This document shows, piece by piece, positions 48,390-57,893 of a stretch of 64,000 nt of DNA. Source of the stretch: Candidatus Omnitrophota bacterium (lineage in GTDB: Bacteria > Omnitrophota > Gorgyraeia > Duberdicusellales > 4484-171); NCBI GenBank assembly GCA_043823745.1, contig JBDRAN010000028.1, positions 3,116 through 67,115 on the forward strand, given 5' to 3'. Under the pieces are notes generated by a model. That model was not told where the DNA came from. It saw only the letters and a list, made by a program, of their open reading frames with translations, and searched no databases. The translations under genes and the position numbers were made by a program. The stretch's first letter is position 1, and every line of letters starts with the position of its first letter.

Positions 48390-48782
48390 ATGCGAAGCTT
48401 TCTGCGCGACCATAGTTCGCTCTTTGAGATTGTCGTTGCCATAACGATTATTATATTGTTAATCGGAACTTTTCTTTCATATAGTAATCGGGTCACGCGG
48501 GTGGCGAAAGAAGTCAGACTTGTGTATGAGCTGAAAGACTTTCGTCTCTGCGTAACATTATTTAAGGCGTTACGCGGTAACAATCCCGGAGATTTAAAAA
48601 TACTCATGGAGACGTCGCGCAATGCGGTGGATGCGCGCAAAGGGAATTTTCGTGAAAATTTCTTATTAACGCTCGCGCGGGATTCTGACGGCTATCCGCT
48701 TGATCCTTTCGGTAAACGGTATGGCTACAATGCGCGTACTGGGATAGTTTCCTGCCAGTCGTCGGGGTATGAAGCCTGGTGA
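48390..48782 (+). CDS. Pilin-like protein with degenerate prepilin motif (MshF-like position)
   Basis: SLFEIVVAITIIILL hydrophobic helix, LDPFGKRYGY. Confidence 0.65.
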   Translation: MRSFLRDHSSLFEIVVAITIIILLIGTFLSYSNRVTRVAKEVRLVYELKDFRLCVTLFKALRGNNPGDLKILMETSRNAVDARKGNFRENFLLTLARDSDGYPLDPFGKRYGYNARTGIVSCQSSGYEAW

Positions 48783-48840
48783 AAATGCGTTTGGGGTTAG
48801 GGTTTGCGTAAGGAGGGAGTATATAAAAAAAGGAGGGTGT

Positions 48841-49203
48841 ATGAGGAAGAAAGGGTTTACGCTCATTGAGCTTATCATGATCATTGTGATACTCGGCATT
48901 CTTGCTGCGGTGGCTATTCCTAAGTATTATGATTTATCAAGCGATGCAAAGAATGCCACCGAAAAAGGCGTCGTCGGCGGCGTGCGCGCCGGTATCTCCA
49001 CTTTTTTTGCCAACAATAAGACGTTTCCTTCGACGCTTGATAACGCTTCAAGCGCAGCCTGCACCAAGGCAAATCCTTGCTTTACCAATGTGCTTGGTCA
49101 GGGGGGGGTTACTGATGATTGGAGCAAAACTTCAGGGACCACCTATACCGGGCCGGCGAGTAACACCTATACCTACAACAGCACCGGCGGTGAGTTTAGT
49201 TGA
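48841..49203 (+). CDS. Major type IV pilin (MshA-like)
   Basis: MRKKG|FTLIELIMIIVILGILAAVAIPKY, strong RBS, Cys pair. Confidence 0.9.
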   Translation: MRKKGFTLIELIMIIVILGILAAVAIPKYYDLSSDAKNATEKGVVGGVRAGISTFFANNKTFPSTLDNASSAACTKANPCFTNVLGQGGVTDDWSKTSGTTYTGPASNTYTYNSTGGEFS

Positions 49204-49356
49204 TAGTAGGTACCGGTTTTCCCGCGACATGAATGCTTCCTGATGCGCAAGGCGCCGCGAACGCGGATGACTCTTGTGCGCGTGCGCGTCTTTTGCCGGC
49301 AGCATACTCGTTACTGTAATCAAAACGCGTAGCTTGCCGGAATAAGGAGGAGCGCT

Positions 49357-50148
49357 CTGAAGAGAAAAGGTATCACCTTTATTGCTTCGTTGATGCTCAT
49401 TGTGTTTGTTTCGATCGCTGTTCTGGGGGTAACGGTTTTTATCGTTCAGCGCCTCCAGGGGGTAGCGTCTGAACGCAACCGCATTGCCAGTCTCTATTGC
49501 GCTCAGGCAGGCATGCATAACGTTATTTATGCGTTTCGCTATAACGATACAATTTCAAACGGTAACTTCAGCACAGGTCAGACTGCCATCGATGCCAACA
49601 ATTCTTTTGTCATCGGCCCCAACAGCACCGAGGGCCGTGACGCCTACCTGCTTGTGGTAGATAGCAACGCCACCTATCAGCCCGCTAACGAAAGAAGTCT
49701 TCTTGATCTTAGGGTCCAGGATGCGGCTCGTTCGCGTAATATTAGGCTTGCCTTTATGAATCTTAGCTGGTCAGGCTCTCCGAATAACAGAAGGTTACGA
49801 ACCATCACAATCGGCGATACTGAGGTTTGGAGCGGTAACGTGGGGTCTCCCGTCGACGCCGATATCTCTGATTTTACGCTTGATAAAGACTCAACGATCT
49901 ACCCGGTTAACGTAACATTTAATAGCCAGGTGACGCTTACTGCTTTTAACGCGACGTTTGGTATGAATGATACTTCGCGCACGGATGCTTATAAGGTTTA
50001 TCCCGCATCGAACAATAATACGTTTTTTACTTTTGAGTCAACGGGCCGAAGCGGTAACGCGTGGCGCACGATCATCGCCCGGTACAATGCGGCAACCGGT
50101 AATGTCAGTGTTATGCGCGAGAATCAGACGGTGCAGGTTTTTCCGTAA
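49357..50148 (+). CDS. Large minor pilin (PilX/GspK-like, no Glu5), probable CTG start
   Basis: AAGGAGG RBS then CTG: KRKG|ITFIASLMLIVFVSI..., SLYCAQAGM, ESTGRSG. Confidence 0.65.
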   Translation: MKRKGITFIASLMLIVFVSIAVLGVTVFIVQRLQGVASERNRIASLYCAQAGMHNVIYAFRYNDTISNGNFSTGQTAIDANNSFVIGPNSTEGRDAYLLVVDSNATYQPANERSLLDLRVQDAARSRNIRLAFMNLSWSGSPNNRRLRTITIGDTEVWSGNVGSPVDADISDFTLDKDSTIYPVNVTFNSQVTLTAFNATFGMNDTSRTDAYKVYPASNNNTFFTFESTGRSGNAWRTIIARYNAATGNVSVMRENQTVQVFP

Positions 50149-50720
50149 TGGCTCGACAGAAGCGGTGTGACATGTATGGTATGAATTTTCAGGGCGCAAC
50201 CAGGCGCGCGTTTACCCCGTTAGAGAAAGCCACCGACAAAGTCGGTGGTGACTACCCAACAGGGTGTCCTGTTGGACTATCTAGAGCTTGCCCCGTTAGA
50301 AACTTTATTTCTAACGGGGTGAAAGAACGAGGTTCTCTAACGGGGTTTACCTTAATTGAGCTGATCATGACGATCGTGGTGGTGGCGATTATTGCGTTGC
50401 CGCTTTCGGTCATGCTTAGTCAGCAGGTGCAGAGTACATTTCGGTCGTCCGATTATTCGAGCGCGCTTAACTTGGCGCGCCTTGAAATGGAAAAAGTTAA
50501 TAATCTGGCGTACGACAGTATCGCCAGCGGAACGTTCGCAAGTTATGAAGGGTATCCTTTTGACGTAACGCGCACCGTAAATTTCGCTCCAGGGAGCGGT
50601 GTAATACTGTCGGAGAGCTTAAAACAGATAAAGGTCGAGGTACGCAAGGCCGGTGATGTCACCGTCTTGGCCGAATTAGTTACGTATATTGCTAGAAATG
50701 TGAATTACGGATCCCCATGA
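50148..50720 (+). CDS. Minor pilin whose leader carries a 45-codon in-frame MITE
   Basis: RRAF[TPLE...SLTGF]TLIELIMTIVVVAIIA, ALNLARLEME. Exact start uncertain. Confidence 0.85.
   Translation: MARQKRCDMYGMNFQGATRRAFTPLEKATDKVGGDYPTGCPVGLSRACPVRNFISNGVKERGSLTGFTLIELIMTIVVVAIIALPLSVMLSQQVQSTFRSSDYSSALNLARLEMEKVNNLAYDSIASGTFASYEGYPFDVTRTVNFAPGSGVILSESLKQIKVEVRKAGDVTVLAELVTYIARNVNYGSP
50215..50345. mobile_element. 131-bp MITE with CCCCGTTAGAGAA termini, TTTA duplication and a nested minimal copy (50291-50319)
   Basis: TTTA|CCCCGTTAGAGAA...TTCTCTAACGGGG|TTTA, 131+4=135 bp (in frame). Confidence 0.85.
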
Positions 50721-51256
50721 AAAAAGCATTTACTTTTATTGAATTAGTGATGGTTATCCTTATTATCGGGATCATTGCCGCCGCCGGAGCGTGGCTCCTG
50801 ATGTATGTCGTTCAAAACGCGGTGTTTATCCCCAACCGGCTTACCACCGATATGCTTGCGCAAAATGCGTTAAATGTGATCATCGAAGGAGACACCGTTG
50901 CCCGGGGCCTTCGTTTTAGCGCGAACATTACGACAAGCCAGCCCAATACATTGATCTTTACCAACCAAGACAATCAGCTGGTTAACTATACCGTGACTGG
51001 CAATAAGCTCTACCGGCAGATCAACGCGAGCGCGCCGGCGCTGTCTCCGGCGTATCAGGTGGGCGCGATCGGTGTCAGTGGCCGCAACGGTACGTTGTTT
51101 ACCTATTACGATGCTAATGATGTTGCGACAGCGACTGCTGCGAGTGTGCGGCGCGTAAGGATCGATGTTACGGTTTTGACCGGAACCGGCTCCTACGCCG
51201 ATTGGCAAAGCAGCTCGAATCAGAGTTCGTCGGTTTCAGTCAAGCGGCTTTCGTAG
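50717..51256 (+). CDS. Minor pilin (PilW/MshO-like)
   Basis: MKKA|FTFIELVMVILIIGII. Confidence 0.85.
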   Translation: MKKAFTFIELVMVILIIGIIAAAGAWLLMYVVQNAVFIPNRLTTDMLAQNALNVIIEGDTVARGLRFSANITTSQPNTLIFTNQDNQLVNYTVTGNKLYRQINASAPALSPAYQVGAIGVSGRNGTLFTYYDANDVATATAASVRRVRIDVTVLTGTGSYADWQSSSNQSSSVSVKRLS

Positions 51257-51327
51257 CGAAAACCTTGTAGGGGGAGATGCTCATATATCGAGTGCGCAGT
51301 ATCTGCGCGCCAGGGGGGGGGAGGTGG

Positions 51328-51567
51328 ATGATGCTATTTTTGATTTTTTCTGGTATAATTGCGTTGGTATTCGGGATATTATTTTTATGCGCTCCGCGCA
51401 CGCTGCGCGCGTTAAGCGAAAAGACGAACAGGGCGATCCTTCTTTTGGATGAGAAATTTTTCCGTTTGCGGATCGGTATCGGCGTATCTTTAGTACTATC
51501 CTCGGTGCTTGTGTTATTTGTAGCGTATTATCTGTTTAAGAAATACGGAGTAACGATTGCAGTCTGA
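51328..51567 (+). CDS. Small two-TM hypothetical protein
   Basis: GGAGG RBS, two hydrophobic helices. Confidence 0.6.
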   Translation: MMLFLIFSGIIALVFGILFLCAPRTLRALSEKTNRAILLLDEKFFRLRIGIGVSLVLSSVLVLFVAYYLFKKYGVTIAV

Positions 51568-51592
51568 GAACCCGCAGGGAGTAATTTCCTTA

Positions 51593-53182
51593 ATGCGCGC
51601 GAAAAAAAATTTTTTAGCGTTGGAATTCGGGGAAAGCACCGCTAAGCTTGTCTGGTGCGAAAAGCAGAGAAATACGCTTATCGTACGGGCCTACGCTCTT
51701 AAAACACTGCCCTCACTGCCTGCCGAGCGGGAATCATTCCTTGCAGGCTTTGTTAAGGATTTTGTAAATCTGCACGCTCACCCGACGCATGAAGTCTATC
51801 TGGTTATTCCTGAAACGAACAATTTATTTCTCCGCAGCCTGTCCTTGCCGGTCATGCCGTCTGCGGAGATCGCGCAGGCGGCCGGTTGGCAGCTTAAGGA
51901 TGAGATCCCGTTTGCGTTACGCGATGCGGTATGTAGCTGGTATCTGATCCGTGCCTACGGTGATGCTGATGGCGCAAAAAAGAACGAAATTTTGTTCGCG
52001 GCGGCAGAGCGAAGCAGCATCGACCGTTACTGCGCCCTCGCGAGCCGTTGCGGGCTCTCGGTCGCAGGTATTACGTGCGCAAGCGTAAGCTACGCCAGTC
52101 TTTTGGGCGTCTCGGCGGCGCCGTCGTCCTGTGCCGTGATCGACATCGGGTATACCGCAACGACGTTGAGCATCTATGCGCACGATAAATTGCGCTTTAC
52201 GCGTAAACTTGTTTTTTCTTCCTCAGGCCTCACCAGCGTGCTGATGGGGACTCTTGGTTCAGACAAAGGACCCGTTACTCTTTCTCTTGTCCAGACCGAG
52301 GAGGTGAAGAATACCATTGGTATTCCGCGCGACGGATCGGCCATGATCAACGATTCGATTTCCGCCACGCACGTAATCGCCCTTATGCGGCCTTCTCTTG
52401 AGGCCCTGGTGCGCGAGCTGAAGCTTTCATTTGATTATTTTATCTCGACGCTTGAAGGCGAAAAGCCCCAGGTGTTGTACCTGGCGGGTGGCGGTGTGAA
52501 CCTTAAAAATCTTGATACCTATCTTACCGAGGAGCTTGCCGTGCCGACGGATTTTTTTCCATTGCCTGCGTGTGTTGATACCCGCGGCGTAGACGCCGAT
52601 GATTTTAGGGCGCGGCGTAACCAGCTGTGTGCGCTCCTGGGTGCGGGATTACAGGGTAAACATACGATTGACTTTTTACCTGGCGATGTAAAGTCAAGGA
52701 GAGCCGAATCGGTGCAGAAAATCTCCTTGCGCCTTATTTCATTTGTTCTCGCGGCAGTTTTTGTTGTTTTGTTCTCTTTCGTAAGACTTGAGATCGGGAA
52801 TTACCGTAACAGGCTTGGTGCGTTACGGCTTCATCTGCAGGCTACGACTTCAGTCGCAGACCTGTATCAGAAAATAGTAGCCCGCGAGCGTCTTATCGAA
52901 ACAATAGAACAAGGAAGGACTCCCTTTGAGGGAATTCTGAAGCTGGTTACCGTGCTGCAGCCGCGGGAAATAACATTGGGTGAAATGTCAATGAACCAGA
53001 ACAGCCATACGCTCTTTTTACGCGGCATCGTTGCCGCCGGAGAAGGGGAAGCGGAACGCATCGTAACCGAGTTCATACAGAAGCTTGAATCAACTCATTT
53101 TGTTGTTGAAGCGCGGCTGGTATCGATAGAAAAAGGCGACGGGAACCAACAGTTTCAGATACAAGGCGACCTCGCCCATTAG
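51593..53182 (+). CDS. PilM-PilN fusion (pilus alignment complex)
   Basis: LALEFGES, VIDIGYTAT, YLAGGG actin-like PilM, then IDFLP, TM, coiled coil and PilN-like domain. Confidence 0.85.
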   Translation: MRAKKNFLALEFGESTAKLVWCEKQRNTLIVRAYALKTLPSLPAERESFLAGFVKDFVNLHAHPTHEVYLVIPETNNLFLRSLSLPVMPSAEIAQAAGWQLKDEIPFALRDAVCSWYLIRAYGDADGAKKNEILFAAAERSSIDRYCALASRCGLSVAGITCASVSYASLLGVSAAPSSCAVIDIGYTATTLSIYAHDKLRFTRKLVFSSSGLTSVLMGTLGSDKGPVTLSLVQTEEVKNTIGIPRDGSAMINDSISATHVIALMRPSLEALVRELKLSFDYFISTLEGEKPQVLYLAGGGVNLKNLDTYLTEELAVPTDFFPLPACVDTRGVDADDFRARRNQLCALLGAGLQGKHTIDFLPGDVKSRRAESVQKISLRLISFVLAAVFVVLFSFVRLEIGNYRNRLGALRLHLQATTSVADLYQKIVARERLIETIEQGRTPFEGILKLVTVLQPREITLGEMSMNQNSHTLFLRGIVAAGEGEAERIVTEFIQKLESTHFVVEARLVSIEKGDGNQQFQIQGDLAH

Positions 53183-53195
53183 GAAGGCTATAGCT

Positions 53196-53756
53196 ATGTC
53201 ATCGGCGCAAAAAAACATACTGATTGCATTCGCGGGAATCATAGGGGTATTTACGTGCTTTTGGTTTTTTGTGTATGCGCCAAGCCGTATGCAGCTTGCA
53301 GGAATTCAGGAAGAAATTACGGTCATCGAACATAAGCTGGCGCAGGTCGCGGCAATTACCCGGGAGGCAAAAAATCTCAATGAAGGCATGCAGATGCTTG
53401 AGAAACAGTACCAGGCATTAGGGGGGATGTTTCCTACCAAGGAAGAAGAAGCGTTGCGCGTAGTATCCTCGCTGGCAAAAGAGGCAAACATTGCCGTTTT
53501 GTCGTTGCGGCCGCAATCGCGGGAAGCTTTTATCGGCATGAATGGGGAAGCATGCGGGCTTGAGGGAAAAACGTGTCAGAAAATGTCTGTTTCATTAGCA
53601 ATGACCTGCACGTATCAGGAGTTGCTGAATTTTGTAAGTGCTCTCGGAGCCCAAATCTCGGCATACACGACCATCGAAGGCTTGCGTATCACCAGGCCCC
53701 CTGAAGGTAAACGGCTTGATATCGCAATGGAGCTTAATGTGTATTTGTTGGCATAG
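53196..53756 (+). CDS. PilO/GspM-like protein
   Basis: N-terminal TM, coiled coil, TYQELLNFV. Confidence 0.8.
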   Translation: MSSAQKNILIAFAGIIGVFTCFWFFVYAPSRMQLAGIQEEITVIEHKLAQVAAITREAKNLNEGMQMLEKQYQALGGMFPTKEEEALRVVSSLAKEANIAVLSLRPQSREAFIGMNGEACGLEGKTCQKMSVSLAMTCTYQELLNFVSALGAQISAYTTIEGLRITRPPEGKRLDIAMELNVYLLA

Positions 53757-53759
53757 ATT

Positions 53760-54203
53760 ATGATACAGAGTGAAAAGGTAAAACTTGGCGTAACCATTAT
53801 TCTGGTAGGCGTTTTTTTATATATGGCTGCGGGCGCGCTTAAGCGGATTCGCCTTGAATCAGCACGCCCTACGCCTTCCGCAGGAAACGTTTCGGTTAAG
53901 CCTCTCGCGGATGCCGCGGCCCGGTCCGCGCCTGCGCTGGCGTTATATAAGCGATTAGAGCAACAAACAGCGGGGATGGCGCTGGGGAGTGACCCGTTTA
54001 CGCATATGCCTCTGGGGGCCTATACGGTTAAGACGGTTAAGCTTACGGGAATCTTGTGGGATGCGCACGCCCCCAGAGCCATTGTTGCCGGAAAGTTTCT
54101 TAAAACCGGCGATCGTGTCGGCGCTATCACAATCGTTTCGATACAGCAAGACAAAGTTATCGTTAGCGACGGAAACCGTGAAATGGAATTGCGTCTTGAA
54201 TAG
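53760..54203 (+). CDS. PilP/MshK/GspB-like protein
   Basis: DPF, KLTGILWD...AIVAGKFLKTGDRV. Confidence 0.7.
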   Translation: MIQSEKVKLGVTIILVGVFLYMAAGALKRIRLESARPTPSAGNVSVKPLADAAARSAPALALYKRLEQQTAGMALGSDPFTHMPLGAYTVKTVKLTGILWDAHAPRAIVAGKFLKTGDRVGAITIVSIQQDKVIVSDGNREMELRLE

Positions 54204-54285
54204 TTGTATAGTCCGTAGCAGGCGCCGTGCCATGTTCCTTCCTTAAGTATATCAATCGAACAAATTTTTTTGTGTAGGGAGGCCG

Positions 54286-54639
54286 ATGAGAAAAATTCTA
54301 GCGTTATCAGGAATTATTTTTATTGTTATGGGAGCCTTCCTGAGCCCGGCGGCTACGCACTTTTCAGTTTCGGGCCTTGAGATTCCTATGATCGAGGCTG
54401 TTTCTCCGGTTACCCGTGCCCATCACGTGGGCTCCAGTGAGGTGGCAACGTATCAAACGCAGGCTTCATTCGCCGAGGCGGTGCGTTTTTATAGTTCTTT
54501 TTTTTCGCAAAATAATTTTATGGTGCTGGGGAACGAGGAAGCCGGTGAATATAACGTTGCCGTAAAAAAAGAAGATGTTATGTTTACGATGCGTATCTAT
54601 CGAAACCAAGGAAAAATCTACGTGCAATGTATATGGTAA
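54286..54639 (+). CDS. Exported hypothetical protein
   Basis: GGGAGG RBS, signal peptide. Confidence 0.6.
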   Translation: MRKILALSGIIFIVMGAFLSPAATHFSVSGLEIPMIEAVSPVTRAHHVGSSEVATYQTQASFAEAVRFYSSFFSQNNFMVLGNEEAGEYNVAVKKEDVMFTMRIYRNQGKIYVQCIW

Positions 54640-55400
54640 AAAAAATTCGTTTTTTCCCGTACCTGTGCGCGCTAAGCCTGTGTCTTGGCGGTTGCGCAAC
54701 GCTTCACAATCCGGCGACAGGAAGGAATGAATTTATTCTTATTAATAGTGCCACCGAATCGGCATTGGGCAAAACGGCGGATGCCCAGATGCGTAAAGAA
54801 CATCCGGCCAGTAGCGATCGCATCGTACACGCGCGCCTTGAAAACATTGGAAAGCGCGTCGCCGCGGTCTCTGACCGCATGGACATCTCTTATAGTTTTA
54901 CGGTGCTTGCTGATCGCGAACTTAATGCGGTGACCCTCCCCGGCGGCCGCATTTATGTGAACCAAGGATTGATGAACGCGCTCGGTGACGATGAGCTTGC
55001 GTATGTCGTAGCGCACGAAACAGGCCATGTTGCGGCCCGGCACATTGCCAAAAAAATTCAGGCAAATATGGGGTATCAATTGTTGCTCAGTCTTGCGTTT
55101 GCGGCGTACGGTGAGAAGGTAGGCGATAACGCGCAGGATATCGCGCGGGGTGCGACAACCGTGTATACTATCGTCGGACTTGCGTACAGTCGAAGTGACG
55201 AATACGAGGCGGATCGGCTGGCGGTAAAATACGCTCGAGCCGCTGGTTTTGATCATTACGCGTCAATGGGGGCATTAGCTAAGCTTAAAAAATACGAAGG
55301 CCCCAATTCTAAGATCGCGGGGTATTTTCGTACTCATCCCTATGTGGATGATCGTATTGCGGCGCTGAAGAAAGAGTTAAGTGGCGTTCAGCAAAAATAG
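54627..55400 (+). CDS. M48 family zinc metalloprotease lipoprotein
   Basis: LGGC lipobox, NAVTLPGG, AHETGH, YSRSDEYEAD, THP. Confidence 0.92.
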   Translation: MYMVKKIRFFPYLCALSLCLGGCATLHNPATGRNEFILINSATESALGKTADAQMRKEHPASSDRIVHARLENIGKRVAAVSDRMDISYSFTVLADRELNAVTLPGGRIYVNQGLMNALGDDELAYVVAHETGHVAARHIAKKIQANMGYQLLLSLAFAAYGEKVGDNAQDIARGATTVYTIVGLAYSRSDEYEADRLAVKYARAAGFDHYASMGALAKLKKYEGPNSKIAGYFRTHPYVDDRIAALKKELSGVQQK

Positions 55401-55488
55401 TCCACCGTCCATAGTCCACGGTTTAGAGGAGTTTATAATTGATAGCTTTTTGCGCAATACCCGATACGCATAACGCAATACGTCTTTT

Positions 55489-55689
55489 ATGTTTGGCATA
55501 GGCACTGAAGAATTAGCTTTCATTTTTTTTATCGCCTTTATTGTTTTTGGGCCAAAGCGGTTGCCTGAAATAAGCAGGTATCTGGCGCGGCTGGCCCGTC
55601 AGTATAAGCAGACAGTCAGTGCCGCGGGCTTGAGCGGTGAGGATGAGAACGTCTCGGGGAATGGGTATTCTGAGGCAAAACTTCCGTGA
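55489..55689 (+). CDS. tatA: Twin-arginine translocase TatA/TatB subunit
   Basis: MFGIGTEEL...VFGPKRLPE, adjacent to tatC. Confidence 0.8.
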   Translation: MFGIGTEELAFIFFIAFIVFGPKRLPEISRYLARLARQYKQTVSAAGLSGEDENVSGNGYSEAKLP

Positions 55690-55707
55690 GATGTGGGATA
55701 AAGGGAA

Positions 55708-55838
55708 GATCACAGATGATAGATCTCAGATTGCAGATAGGGGAATGAGAGACGAGGGATGACCGCTCACTTCGTTCGCTGGGACGATGGACGATAGATT
55801 CGTGTGAACTCGTGTTTCCCGATTTGTGTTAATTCGTG
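55708..55838. repeat. Nested degenerate repeat arms (CAGAT, GACGA and TTCGTG units)
   Basis: CACAGAT GATAGAT CTCAGAT TGCAGAT, GGGACGATGGACGA, ATTCGTG/ACTCGTG/ATTTGTG/ATTCGTG. Confidence 0.55.
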
Positions 55839-56573
55839 ATTATGTACGAAAAAAGCCTGCCTCTTATTGTTCATTTGGCCGAATTACGCAAACGGATCAT
55901 CATTGCCTGTATCTCGGTGGTCATTGCCTCTTTTCTCGCTATGCCTTTTTCTTCCGCGTTGCTCGGTGTGCTTACCGCACCGGCTCAAAGCCTTCTGGGT
56001 AAGCTCGCTGTCTTCAGCCCCCAAGAGGCTTTGGCGGTCTATGTGCGTATTGGTATCGTAAGCGGTATTGTTGCGAGCGTCCCGGTAATTCTGTACCAGG
56101 CCTGGTTGTTTATCGTGCCGGCTCTTGGCTTGCGCACCAGGCGTTATGCGTTTTGGTTTATTGCCACAGCCGCGCTTGCGTTTTTTGCGGGTTGTATGTT
56201 CGCATATTTTATTTTAATCCCGCCGGCGCTGCGGTTTTTGCTGAGCATAGGTACGAATGATTTTATGCCGCTTATTTCGGCTTCAAAATATATCTCATTT
56301 ATCACTACGCTTATCCTTGCCTGTGGCGCGATGTTTCTGATGCCGATTATCATCTTTTTTTTGGCAAAGATCAGGATCGTCACCGCGCGGGCCTTGTGCA
56401 GGTATTTTTCCATTGCGGTAGTTGGAATGCTTATTATTGCCGCTGTTATTACGCCAACCACCGATATTTTTAATATGATGGCTCTGGCAGTGCCGATGAT
56501 AGCGTTGTATAGCGTAAGCATTGGGCTTGCCTGGTTCGCCGGCCGGGGCGAGGCGCGTAAGGAGGGTGCATGA
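55836..56573 (+). CDS. tatC: Twin-arginine translocase subunit TatC
   Basis: HLAELRKR, PVILYQAWLFIVPAL, AAVITPTTD. Confidence 0.92.
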   Translation: MIMYEKSLPLIVHLAELRKRIIIACISVVIASFLAMPFSSALLGVLTAPAQSLLGKLAVFSPQEALAVYVRIGIVSGIVASVPVILYQAWLFIVPALGLRTRRYAFWFIATAALAFFAGCMFAYFILIPPALRFLLSIGTNDFMPLISASKYISFITTLILACGAMFLMPIIIFFLAKIRIVTARALCRYFSIAVVGMLIIAAVITPTTDIFNMMALAVPMIALYSVSIGLAWFAGRGEARKEGA

Positions 56574-56694
56574 AAAAAATAATGTGTGGCTATGGCGGGT
56601 TTTTTCAAGAATTTTCTCGCGTCGTCCAGTTCTTCATGATTTTAGGCGTACGTTGTGCCGTCATGATGCTGGTTTAAGCGAGAATACATACTTC

Positions 56695-57402
56695 ATGAGG
56701 ATAACACAAAAGATTAAACAGGAATTACGAAGTTACGCGCGGCCAGAAAAAGCGCGGATTCTGGCGCGGTTTTTTAAAACCGGCCCCGGTGAATATGCCG
56801 AAGGTGACGTTTTTATCGGGGTGATGGTGCCCCAGATTCGTATGGTCGTCAACGAGTATTGCGACGTACCTCTTGAGAGCGTAAAAAGGCTGCTTACGTC
56901 AAAAATTCATGAGGAGCGTTTGTGTGCCCTTCTTATTCTGGTTAAACAATATAAGAACGCCGGCGAGCAGGGTAAAAAAGATGTCTATGAATTATATTGT
57001 ACGCATACCCGTTTTATTAATAATTGGGATTTGATTGATTTGACCGCGAAGCATATTGTGGGTGCGTTTCTTTTTGATAAGGATAAAAAACCTCTCTATG
57101 TTTTGGCGCGCTCTAAAATGCTTTGGGAGCGCCGGATCGCTATACTCGCGACCTTTCATTGTATCGAGCGCAAAGAATTTGATGATGCGTTTGCTCTTGC
57201 TCTGCTGCTGCTTTCCGATACGCACGATCTAATCCAAAAGGCAGTCGGTTGGATGCTGCGTGAGATCGGAAAACGCGACATGCGGGCAGAGGAAGTTTTC
57301 TTAAAAAAATATTATCGTATCATGCCCCGCACCATGTTGCGCTATGCGATTGAACGTTTTCCCGAGAGAAAGCGGCAGGCGTACCTTAAGGGGAGAGCGT
57401 AG
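56695..57402 (+). CDS. DNA alkylation repair protein (AlkD-like)
   Basis: FFKTGPGEYAEGDVFIGV, INNWDLID, LWERRIA, DLIQKAVGWMLRE, MPRTMLRYAIE. Start set at ATG 56695. Confidence 0.9.
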   Translation: MRITQKIKQELRSYARPEKARILARFFKTGPGEYAEGDVFIGVMVPQIRMVVNEYCDVPLESVKRLLTSKIHEERLCALLILVKQYKNAGEQGKKDVYELYCTHTRFINNWDLIDLTAKHIVGAFLFDKDKKPLYVLARSKMLWERRIAILATFHCIERKEFDDAFALALLLLSDTHDLIQKAVGWMLREIGKRDMRAEEVFLKKYYRIMPRTMLRYAIERFPERKRQAYLKGRA

Positions 57403-57557
57403 AAAAAAGCTCATAGCTCATAAGCTCATGAGTGCATGGAAGCGATTTACGTCTATCGGTTGGGGTTGCGAGGCTCGTTTCGGTTACGTTAAACGTCAAT
57501 CGGCTTTATTGGTAAGATATTTTTTACGCAACCTTTTACTTACGTATGACGTAACGA

Positions 57558-57668
57558 GCTGCACACCAGTGCGTCCCGGTGAGGGGCTGCACACCAGTGC
57601 GTTCCGTAAGGGGCTTTGCACCCCCCTTCGGGGAGGCTACGCACGGCTTCGCACCGGTTAGCGTAGAG
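57558..57668 (+). repeat. Stack of GCAC-ending mini-hairpin units abutting a family A arm
   Basis: GCTGCACACCAGTGCGT twice (28-bp period), CCCCTTCGGGGAGGCTACGCAC, GGCTTCGCAC, then CGGTT AGCGTAG. Confidence 0.65.
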
Positions 57669-57893
57669 GGTTCTGCCTGGTTTGGCCAATGGTTTTCGTG
57701 ATAGTGTTGACAAGTTTCCCGGGTATGCTAAACTATAATACTATTATTAGGAATTGTAGAGGAGGGTTCGGAAATGCAGATGCATTTTCGGAGGTTATGG
57801 TGATGGTCGGGCCGCCATCGTGCATAGCGCTATGCATGGTGACGGCTTTTTGTTTCGAAACCCGTTACCGCACGGTACGTACGTAAAAAGTTT

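Noticed and set aside
56521-56694. N-terminal extension of the AlkD-like ORF
   Set aside because: It overlaps tatC; family similarity begins near ATG 56695.
57558-57654. Possible mini-CRISPR (GCTGCACACCAGTGCGT x2)
   Set aside because: 28-bp period with about 11-nt spacers; better explained as stacked GCAC-ending hairpins.
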